The notes under the pieces are model-generated. The model ran no database searches, was not told the DNA's origin, and saw only the letters and a list, made by a program, of their open reading frames with translations. 22,170 nucleotides of DNA from an uncultured Thermococci archaeon (lineage in GTDB: Archaea > Methanobacteriota_B > Thermococci > Thermococcales > Thermococcaceae), in NCBI GenBank assembly GCA_964487115.1, contig CAZAPD010000009.1:1-22170 (forward strand), read 5' to 3'. Below are positions 1 to 8,934 of the stretch, one piece after another. Numbering within the stretch: position 1 is the first letter of the stretch; each line of letters begins with the position of its first letter. The translations under genes and the position numbers were made by a program.

Positions 1-527
1 GAGTTGGCAATGGCGACGATTCTCTCGATGTATTCCTCATCGACCCAGAGCTCCCCGTCCGCTCCGAGCGGAACGTCCATCCTCTCGGTGGAGCGTATTT
101 CAACGACCAGCTTCTTGTGGCTGACGCTTTTGATATTGGAATACTTAAACCCCAATCCGATAGCAAGGTTGAGCAGCCTGACCGCGTCTCCCATAGTCCT
201 CGCAGAAACGTGTAGGATTGGGCTCCTTACGAGGAACCAGAGCTGGCCGCTGGAGTGCTTTTTGATGGCTTCAATGACTTCTCCGAGCTCGACTTCCCTG
301 TGCCACTTGCCGAGCCAGACGGCGTTGACCTTGTCTCCAAAGTCCGGCATCTCCATGACCGAAATCCTGCCCGAGCAGGAACTTGTCGTGAAGTAGTTCT
401 CCAGCGAGTTGATTTTTTCGAGCAGTGAAATGATGTCCTCATCAACCCTATTCTCAACTAAAGCCTTTCTCAGGCCTTCCATGGCCTTCTCCCTCTGCTC
501 ATCGAAGTTTTCCGTGTAGAGAAACAT
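1..527 (-). CDS. taw3: tRNA wybutosine-pathway methyltransferase Taw3/TYW3 (runs off the left edge of the window)
   Basis: Manual translation from ATG at 527: MFLYTENFDEQREKAMEGLRKALVENRVDEDIISLLEKINSLENYFTTSSCSGRISVMEMPDFGDKVNAVWLGKWHREV..., which carries the TYW3 TTSSCSGRI motif. RBS GAGGTGA at 532-538 (minus). Absent from the ORF track because it is open at the edge. Confidence 0.9.
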   Translation of the reverse strand, partial: MFLYTENFDEQREKAMEGLRKALVENRVDEDIISLLEKINSLENYFTTSSCSGRISVMEMPDFGDKVNAVWLGKWHREVELGEVIEAIKKHSSGQLWFLVRSPILHVSARTMGDAVRLLNLAIGLGFKYSNIKSVSHKKLVVEIRSTERMDVPLGADGELWVDEEYIERIVAIAN

Positions 528-531
528 AGCA

Positions 532-761
532 TCACCTCAGTTCAATCAACTGGGCGGCTTTCCGATAGGAAGGCTCGATGAACCGGTACACGGTCCTGTT
601 TCCAATCCGGGATTTTGAGATGACGTAGAGGTCGTTTATCAGGGAATCCAGAAGCACATGGAGTGCTCTCTTCGAAATACCTGTTTTTTCAAGCTCACTT
701 CACGTCGCCCCCATATGCCAGGAGCTTTATAACCCTTGGGGCGCTGGGAGAACCAATGCAT
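532..761 (-). pseudogene. Remnant of an archaeal ATP-binding protein gene (start plus C-terminal winged-helix part)
   Basis: RBS GGAGG and ATG at 761 (MHWFSQRPK). Other frames then read RVIKLLAY / GAT*SELEKTGISKRALHVLLDSLINDLYVISKSRIGNRTVYRFIEPSYRKAAQLIELR* with stop at 532-534. Frame change at the G5 run 708-712 and an in-frame TGA where W is expected. Confidence 0.55.
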
Positions 762-769
762 ACCAACCT

Positions 770-787
770 CCCGAAACATGTTTCGGG
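770..787. promoter_or_regulatory. Perfect 18-bp palindrome CCCGAAACATGTTTCGGG, candidate operator
   Basis: Self-complementary. It lies between a minus-strand TATA-like TTTTTAAG (~795-803) and the RBS/ATG at 761. Confidence 0.5.
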
Positions 788-809
788 GATATTGCCTTAA
801 AAAGATATC

Positions 810-2762
810 TTAAATCGGGACGAGGGTTCCATTTCCCCTCACGAACTCAATCAGCCGTTTATAAGTTGGATGGACACTCAAAGTCGATGAGTCGCCTATC
901 AGAATCAGCTTTCTCTTCGCCCTCGTCAATGAGACATTCAGACGTCTTAAATCAGTTAAAAAGCCCAGCTCACCTCTTTTGTTAGAACGCACAAAAGATA
1001 GGACAATCACCTCCTTTTCTCTGCCCTGATAACCATCAACCGTCTTCACCTCTACATCCTCTGGCAAAAGCGAGCTTATTAAGTCCCGCTGGTCGTCGTA
1101 GGGGGTTATAACTCCAATCCATTCTGGCTTAATTCCCATTTTTAACAATCTCTGTACAATCTCCTCTACGAGTTTCGCCTCCAGTGGATTTTCCCGTGAT
1201 TGTGAACCCTTTCTCTGTCTCTCCCATCTTTGGGGATGTTCCGAAGTGTCGACAAAAACTAAAGGCTCTACGGGGTTTAAAATCAAATCCCAATAATTAC
1301 CAGAGGCGGATACTTCAACACCCAGATCCAAGAGACTTATGTTTCTCACACTCTCATCTGCTTTGATTTGACCATCATAAAATTCTTTGCTTGGAAATTC
1401 CATCAGAATTTCATTCATCCTGTACTGAACTTCGAGCATCTTTGCTTTTGAGGGATAAAGCTTAATGAGCTTTTCAAAGAGCGTTTCGCTAAGCTCTTTT
1501 GCATCTTCACTTAAAATTGTTGGGGGCAATTGTTTGTGGTCGCCCGCCAAGATAAACCGCTTTGCCTTTGATATAGGTATGAGTACACTTGGAATTGTTG
1601 CCTGCGAAGCTTCATCCACAACAGCGACGTCAAATCTAACATCTTTTATAAACTCAAGAGCAGCTGAAGAGTTTGTACTCAAAACAACATCAGCCCAATT
1701 TATTATTTCCTCGATTATCCCTTCCTCGATCTTTTTAGCTTCATCATAAAGCTTTTGAACTTTTTCATTAAAAATCAGCCATTGTGCCATTGACTTTACA
1801 ACCTTTGCTGGGACTCCTCTCGCTCCAATTCCTCTCTCCGCCAGCCGTAAGATTTGTCGATCCGTGAGCCCTCTCCGCCATTGGGGTGTTGGTTTGATGT
1901 ATTGATCTCTGAGCATTGTCAGTCTTTCAGCCCTGTTCCTGAGATCCCACACCCTTCTATACTTTTCGTGGGCTTCAACCTGATGGGCTAATGTTGATTC
2001 CTTTAGATGCCTTGAAACCCTCGAAGGATGCCCCAATCGAACGAGACTAACTTTACCCCACAGACGATCAACGATATTATCAACTGCAACATTGCTCTCA
2101 GCGGTTGCCAGAACTTTACTTCCTCTTTTAACCTCTTGGAGGATCACCTCCACAGCAGTTCTGGTCTTTCCTGTGCCGAAGGGACCGTGAATCAGAAAGA
2201 ATTCCTCACTTCCCAGTGCAAGTGCAACGGCTTCCTGCTGGCTTCTATTCAATCCCACATCAATAGGCGCAAACTCCACCTTTGAGCTCTTTCCGACCTT
2301 TTCTATGCCGAGAGCAAAGCTGAGAGCCTTTTTACCACTTTCAGAGAGATTCTCCAGATTCTCAATCTGCCGTTTGAACGTCACATCGTTGGCATAAAGG
2401 TCTATTCTAATGTTTCTTAATGCCCAGCCTGGGACAGTATCAATGGCCACAACCAGAAAACGTTTTCCCTTTTCTACTATGGTTCCGATTAAATCACTGA
2501 CAAGAGGATTTCCTCTGCTTATTACTACGAGATCCCCAACGCTAATCTCGGTCTTTATCTCTCCCTTCCTACCATATTTAACAAGCCTGAACCCAAATTC
2601 TTCGCCTATTATCTTTCCATTTAATCCTAAAACAGCCCTACCCACCTTTTCCCTCTCTCTGCCCGAAAGGTTCCTCATCTCTTCCCTCATAGCCCTTATC
2701 TCAGCTTCTCTCTCAAGCTCCACGAGCTCTTTAAGGTGATTGATGTATCGCTGGAGGTTCAT
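810..2762 (-). CDS. IGHMBP2/Upf1-like (DNA2/NAM7) superfamily 1 helicase
   Basis: Walker A HGPFGTGKT, Walker B VVDEASQ, and motifs AGDHKQLPP, VQYRM, TVDGYQGREKE, RRLNVSLTRAK. Start placed at ATG 2762 behind a GGGTGGGA RBS (ORF track uses GTG 2771). Confidence 0.92.
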   Translation of the reverse strand: MNLQRYINHLKELVELEREAEIRAMREEMRNLSGREREKVGRAVLGLNGKIIGEEFGFRLVKYGRKGEIKTEISVGDLVVISRGNPLVSDLIGTIVEKGKRFLVVAIDTVPGWALRNIRIDLYANDVTFKRQIENLENLSESGKKALSFALGIEKVGKSSKVEFAPIDVGLNRSQQEAVALALGSEEFFLIHGPFGTGKTRTAVEVILQEVKRGSKVLATAESNVAVDNIVDRLWGKVSLVRLGHPSRVSRHLKESTLAHQVEAHEKYRRVWDLRNRAERLTMLRDQYIKPTPQWRRGLTDRQILRLAERGIGARGVPAKVVKSMAQWLIFNEKVQKLYDEAKKIEEGIIEEIINWADVVLSTNSSAALEFIKDVRFDVAVVDEASQATIPSVLIPISKAKRFILAGDHKQLPPTILSEDAKELSETLFEKLIKLYPSKAKMLEVQYRMNEILMEFPSKEFYDGQIKADESVRNISLLDLGVEVSASGNYWDLILNPVEPLVFVDTSEHPQRWERQRKGSQSRENPLEAKLVEEIVQRLLKMGIKPEWIGVITPYDDQRDLISSLLPEDVEVKTVDGYQGREKEVIVLSFVRSNKRGELGFLTDLRRLNVSLTRAKRKLILIGDSSTLSVHPTYKRLIEFVRGNGTLVPI

Positions 2763-2792
2763 TTTTCCCACCCGTAAATTTAAAGAAAAAGC

Positions 2793-2846
2793 GGTCAGCC
2801 CATGCGAGTTTCTTCACAGTTCAGACGAAACTTCCCTCATCATTCC
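2793..2846 (-). ncRNA. Box C/D 2'-O-methylation guide sRNA
   Basis: Minus strand reads GGA ATGATGA (C, 2837-2843) GGGAAGTTTCGT (12-nt guide) CTGA (D', 2821-2824) ACT GTGAAGA (C', 2811-2817) AACTCGCATGGG (12-nt guide) CTGA (D, 2795-2798) CC. TATA-like TTTTTAA at ~2868-2874 upstream and a T-rich tract downstream. Confidence 0.9.
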
Positions 2847-2982
2847 ATAAGGAATAGGGAAGAAGAGTTAAAAAGCTAACCCATGTTTAACTTAAGAATA
2901 TTGTATTAACAAACATCTTCGGTTAGTAAAATCTATATACTATTACTAAGAGTCATTAATAACAAGCTGATAAGTGGTTTAT

Positions 2983-3880
2983 ATGGCGACTTGGGGGACT
3001 ATGGTATTATAGGTGGAACGGATCGAAATATGTTGTCATAAGCGACTGGAATGAGCAGAAGTTTGATTATATCATCGTTACCGATGGAGGGGCAGGATGG
3101 ACGGAAGGTCTCACAACCAAATATTCTGGAGTGGGATACAATAATGGACATAACGATGCAGGAGAGCTAATTGAAAAGATAGAGAACCATTGGTTAAAGG
3201 GCAGGAATTACATTGTGGAGATTCCATACTTCATATATCAACAAAAGCCTCATGCCAGAGACTTGAACTACTGGCTTGGCTGGATTGATGGCGCTACCGC
3301 TTGGGGTAGTTCGAGACTCAAGGGATTTTATTGGTCACTGGAAAACATCAGGTATATTCAAGCGGAAGAGCTAAGCAGATACACAATAGAGACCATATGG
3401 GGCAGAATAATGGAGAATAGAAGGGAGTACAGTGAGAATTACCAGTTTATCTGGATACCGAGCTTGAGGAGTCTCTTTGTGAGCAGATATTTTTCATCGG
3501 AACAAGATGTTTTAGAGGCAGTAGCTTATGAAACGGACGTTCCCAACATAGCGAACTATTTCAATAATGTTTTCATCCAGCCAGGATATTATTTCATGAA
3601 CATATAAAAAGCCAAACTATTAAGGGTGGGATTACCGTACACGTATTCTCTTTTTGTTGATATCCTGAAAACAATGCACAAATACATGCCCTCAAACGTC
3701 TCCATTGAAATGGAAGCCGATGGTACTGTTAGGGTTAATGAAGACGCCAAAGATTATGCCTGTAAATACGTAGATGCTCAGAGAGAGGCATTTGGTTATG
3801 TGCTGCCAGATAGGGCATACTATTTTGACACGAAGGAGAGCACTATTGATTACATGAGAACTAACTGTCCGGGATGGTGA
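2983..3880 (+). pseudogene. Disrupted DUF4855-like protein (about 298 aa if repaired)
   Basis: ATG 2983 joins the long open frame only if one G is removed from G5 at 2993-2997 (MATWGLWYYRWNGSKY...). ORFs 3131-3607 and 3626-3880 share a frame and are separated only by TAA 3605-3607. Motifs GFYWSLE, FIWIP, FIQPGYYF, IEMEAD and RAYYF resemble Thermococcales DUF4855 proteins. Confidence 0.7.
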
Positions 3881-3884
3881 GGTG

Positions 3885-5183
3885 ATGAAGAAGCGTATTT
3901 TTACGTTTTTCTTTTTAATTCTCCTGTTTTCTCCCTACACTTCCGCCTATTCTCCAAGGATTACTGGAATAATTCACTACCGGGACGGTTTTCTTATTCT
4001 GACCCATTACTCCAACAACACCACTCAGCTCTGGTTCTTCGAGCCTGGAAAAGGCTTCAAGCTCTTAAACGCCACATTCCTAAACCTCACCTTCATCCAC
4101 TCCACAGGGGGCAGAGTACTCCTCTACCGAAACCTCTCAAAGGGGCCATTCTTCCAAGATTTCGAGCTTTATGTCTACGATGGGAAATTGCACTTCTTAG
4201 GAAACTACTCCGAGACTAACAACTGGGGAGTAGGTAGTGAAATTTACTGGAACGGGAAATTTTACCTGTTTCTTGAGATTGATTGGTCAACTCAGAGGGG
4301 AGATTATTACAACTGGTACGCTATAGTCGGCGATGAGATTTACAAGGTCTTTCCCCCAAGCTTGGATAGCTCGCTCTATTTCTTGGGAGTGTGGCAGCTA
4401 CCAGCCGGTTACCTCCTCGAAGGAGAAGACCCGATGAGTTATCAGGATGAGCTCTTTCTCGTGGCCCTCAATGGTTCGCGGATTGTTTTTGAGAACTTAA
4501 CCCCTGTAAACCTCTCAGTGGGGAGATTGTGCTTCAACGGCACTCACTTTGCTGCCTTGGACAGCAACTGGTTTAAGGTGATCTTTTACAACGGGTCGGT
4601 TTGGAGGTACTACCTTCAGGTTATCAGCTTGAGCGGGAACTCTCGCTTGATTCCCCTTGACTCCTTTGCCAAGGATGAGGGAGAGAACGTTTACTTCGAA
4701 CTTCTTGGGAGTCGTGATGGGGTGTGGGTGGTTAGGAAGTACAAGCACTGGTGCAACGGCCCGGGAGATGGTTCGTTGAAGTGCCACGAGATGACTTTGG
4801 GTTACTTTCTCGTCTCCCAAGGATGTGTTGAGAAAATCGATAACATCTCAAACCTAACGGCGTCCTGCACGAGAAGGGAACCTCAAGCGATCTTTAAGTG
4901 GGGACGACTTGTGAGAAATTCTTTGACATTGAATAGCAGAAGGGTTGTGGTGAACGGCACAGTAATCTCCTATGGGGGAAGAACTTTCATTCTACCCTTC
5001 AACATTATTATAGGGGACTGTGGTAACGGTTGTTTGCTCTCCAATGGTATGGAGATAGCATATTTTGACGGAAATAACGTTAGATTAATGAGATTTCCCC
5101 CGAGTCAGGTAATAACCCGCTGGTTAGCCGTATTTGGGATAATCTTTTCCATACTCATCATTAAGATGATTGCTGAAAATTAG
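3885..5183 (+). CDS. Secreted, C-terminally membrane-anchored beta-rich surface glycoprotein of unknown function
   Basis: N-terminal MKKRIFTFFFLILLFSPYTSA signal peptide, C-terminal hydrophobic WLAVFGIIFSILIIK, about 14 N-x-S/T sequons and paired cysteines. The start may be GTG 3882. Confidence 0.75.
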   Translation: MKKRIFTFFFLILLFSPYTSAYSPRITGIIHYRDGFLILTHYSNNTTQLWFFEPGKGFKLLNATFLNLTFIHSTGGRVLLYRNLSKGPFFQDFELYVYDGKLHFLGNYSETNNWGVGSEIYWNGKFYLFLEIDWSTQRGDYYNWYAIVGDEIYKVFPPSLDSSLYFLGVWQLPAGYLLEGEDPMSYQDELFLVALNGSRIVFENLTPVNLSVGRLCFNGTHFAALDSNWFKVIFYNGSVWRYYLQVISLSGNSRLIPLDSFAKDEGENVYFELLGSRDGVWVVRKYKHWCNGPGDGSLKCHEMTLGYFLVSQGCVEKIDNISNLTASCTRREPQAIFKWGRLVRNSLTLNSRRVVVNGTVISYGGRTFILPFNIIIGDCGNGCLLSNGMEIAYFDGNNVRLMRFPPSQVITRWLAVFGIIFSILIIKMIAEN

Positions 5184-5225
5184 AAAACGGCGAACAACTT
5201 AGGATAGAAGAGAGGGGTTAAAAAG

Positions 5226-5556
5226 CTAAGCCCTCCCCTCAAAAGCCAGAATTGATGCTATGTCCCTACGGAAGGACTTAATAGCCCTCATGTGCTTTTC
5301 TTCGATCCCACCACAGCATGCAACCCTCTTGTAGAACCTCTCAAGTTCATTCAAGAGATACTCCAGTTCTCTCTTGGCATTGTCACTGTAGCCATTGCTC
5401 AAAAGTTTGCCCCTCAAAAACGGCATAACTTCCAACGGTCTTCCAAGAGCCGCCCACAAAAGCCCTTCCTTCAAAACTTCTTCTAAAATCTCTATTTCAG
5501 AATAGCTCTTCTTTACAGAATCTTTTCTACCAATGGGTTTGGTACTCCCCCCTCAT
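5226..5556 (-). pseudogene. Small hypothetical protein with a +1 frameshift in a G6 tract next to the start codon
   Basis: RBS GGTGA (5564-5568) and ATG 5556. ATG AGG GGG GAG stops after 9 codons, but with G5 it reads MRGSTKPIGRKDSVKKSYSEIEILEEVLKEGLLWAALGRP..., continuing into the 5226-5474 ORF. Confidence 0.6.
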
Positions 5557-5696
5557 CTTGGAATCACCGAATAAAAGGAACACTATGAAGTTATTAACTT
5601 TTTTGGCATTTTTTTGGATTTATGACAAAAAAGGAAGGGATAACAGAAAAAATTTGAATTATAAGCATGGTTTCGTGAGGATTGATTGTCATTCTT

Positions 5697-5768
5697 TCAG
5701 GCTGCAAGTAGTATAAGCACCAACAATATGGGGGCAATATGAGCGAATGCTACAAGGAGTTTCTTCAT
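5697..5768 (-). CDS. 23-aa hydrophobic microprotein MKKLLVAFAHIAPILLVLILLAA
   Basis: Perfect RBS GAGGTGA (5774-5780) 5 nt before the ATG, BRE/TATA (AAAAGTAAAG-TTTTTAAA, ~5801-5818) upstream, and a composition typical of a single TM helix. Confidence 0.6.
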   Translation of the reverse strand: MKKLLVAFAHIAPILLVLILLAA

Positions 5769-5899
5769 TAGGATCACCTCATGGAGCCATTCTATGTGTG
5801 TTTAAAAACTTTACTTTTGTAAAGATACTGAAAAACCGATCGTTCTTCGGAATCTATGTTAAAACATGGGGGAATGCTCAGAGAAATACTTAAAAATCC

Positions 5900-5917
5900 A
5901 TACCAGATTCATGTTAA
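5900..5917. promoter_or_regulatory. Degenerate pur box upstream of guaB
   Basis: ATACCAG-ATTC-ATGTTAA (perfect right half) just downstream of TATA CTTAAAAA (~5889-5896). A second ATGTTAA half-site lies at 5856-5862. Confidence 0.4.
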
Positions 5918-5934
5918 AAAGAGTGTGGGGATGA

Positions 5935-7410
<1,476 letters not shown>

Positions 7411-7490
7411 TTTCTCTCCCTTTTATTTCATCCTGCAGAAATTGAGAAGAGTTATAAGCTTCTGCCCGGAGTCTTTCTCAGGCGATGCCA

Positions 7491-8876
7491 ATGACAAAAG
7501 TCGGTGTGGTAGGTGGGGGAATAGCAGGATTAACCGCAGCGATAGCCCTTGCCAAGCGGGGCTATGATGTGACTCTCATCCATGCCGGGATAAAAAAGAC
7601 AAACTCCTATCTGGCTCAAGCGGGTATTGCACTGTCAATTCTCAAGGGGGATTCTCCAAAAGCTCATGTTCTTGATACAATAAAGGCCGGTAGATACCTG
7701 AATGACGAAGAGGTTGTCTGGAATGTCATAGGTAAAGCATCTGAAGCCTACACGTTTCTCATGAGGCTTGGTCTTGAGTTTGAGGATAATGAGATAGAGG
7801 GAGGACACAGCTTTCCGAGAGTCTTCACGATTAAAAACGAGACTGGGAAGCACATGACAAACATCCTATATGTGAGAGCAAAAGAGCTCGGTGTGAATTT
7901 TGTTCAGGGAATTGCAGAGGCATTAGCAGTCAGAGATAAGAGGGCATACGGCGTATTTCTCGAAGGGGAGCTAATGAAATTTGATGCTACTATTCTTGCC
8001 AGTGGTGGATACACAGCCCTCTTCAAATACACGGCAGGCTCTGAGCTGAACCTCGGAACCCTCATTGGCGATGCCATTATGAAAGGGGCCCCGGCAAGGG
8101 ATTTAGAGTTTGTTCAATTTCATCCGACCGGTTTTATGGGTAAAGACGGGGTGAAGCTTGTTAGTGAGGCTGTCAGGGGAGCTGGAGCAAAGCTGATAAC
8201 TGAAGATGGTGAAAGGTTTGTCAATGAGCTTGAACCGAGGGACGTTGTTGCGAGGGCCATTTACCGGCAGCTGCAGAGCGGGAAGAAGGTTTTTCTTGAC
8301 GCCACAGGTATAGAGGACTTTAAAGGTAGATTTCCACAGATATACGCTTTTCTAAAGAAAGAAGGAGTAGACCCAGAGAAGGACCCAATTCCAGTATTTC
8401 CAATAGCCCATTACTCTATCGGTGGGGTATCCGTTGACCTCTGGTATAGAACGGAGATTGAGGGTCTTTACGCCATAGGAGAGGCCGCAAGCAACGGTTT
8501 TCACGGTGCAAACAGACTGGCAAGCAACTCTCTACTGGAGTGTATAGTCTCGGGTCTTGAAGTCGTGAGAACAATCTGCAGGGACAGGCCGAGAATCAGA
8601 AAGCTCCCGGAGCTCCATTATTTCGCTCGTGATGCTGGGGACATTGAATTCCTCAAGGATGTTCTGTGGAGATATGCAGGAATAGTAAGGGACGGAAAGG
8701 GTTTGAGAGATGGCCTTAGAAGGCTTGAGAATATTGAAGTTGACGAGAGAATTAGAAAGCTTGCGGAGGGAATTCTAAAAAATGCCCTAAGCCGAGAGGA
8801 GAGCAGAGGAACTCACTTCAGGCAGGATTATCCGTACATGAGAAAAGAATTCGAGAGACCATTGTTTTGGAGTTAA
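7491..8876 (+). CDS. nadB: L-aspartate oxidase
   Basis: FAD-binding GGGIAG, SYLAQAGI, EGGHS, FVQFHPT, SEAVRGAGA, HYSIGG, HGANRLASNSLLEC, ESRGTHFR. Next to nadA/nadC. Start at 7485 or 7491. Confidence 0.95.
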   Translation: MTKVGVVGGGIAGLTAAIALAKRGYDVTLIHAGIKKTNSYLAQAGIALSILKGDSPKAHVLDTIKAGRYLNDEEVVWNVIGKASEAYTFLMRLGLEFEDNEIEGGHSFPRVFTIKNETGKHMTNILYVRAKELGVNFVQGIAEALAVRDKRAYGVFLEGELMKFDATILASGGYTALFKYTAGSELNLGTLIGDAIMKGAPARDLEFVQFHPTGFMGKDGVKLVSEAVRGAGAKLITEDGERFVNELEPRDVVARAIYRQLQSGKKVFLDATGIEDFKGRFPQIYAFLKKEGVDPEKDPIPVFPIAHYSIGGVSVDLWYRTEIEGLYAIGEAASNGFHGANRLASNSLLECIVSGLEVVRTICRDRPRIRKLPELHYFARDAGDIEFLKDVLWRYAGIVRDGKGLRDGLRRLENIEVDERIRKLAEGILKNALSREESRGTHFRQDYPYMRKEFERPLFWS

Positions 8877-8934
8877 TTTTATAAGTCTTTTAGCTTTAAA
8901 ATATCCATCTACACATTAATACGCAGGTGGGATT

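Noticed and set aside
4..457. ORFs 4-396 (+) and 227-457 (-)
   Set aside because: Shadow frames of taw3, which has the recognisable motif and RBS.
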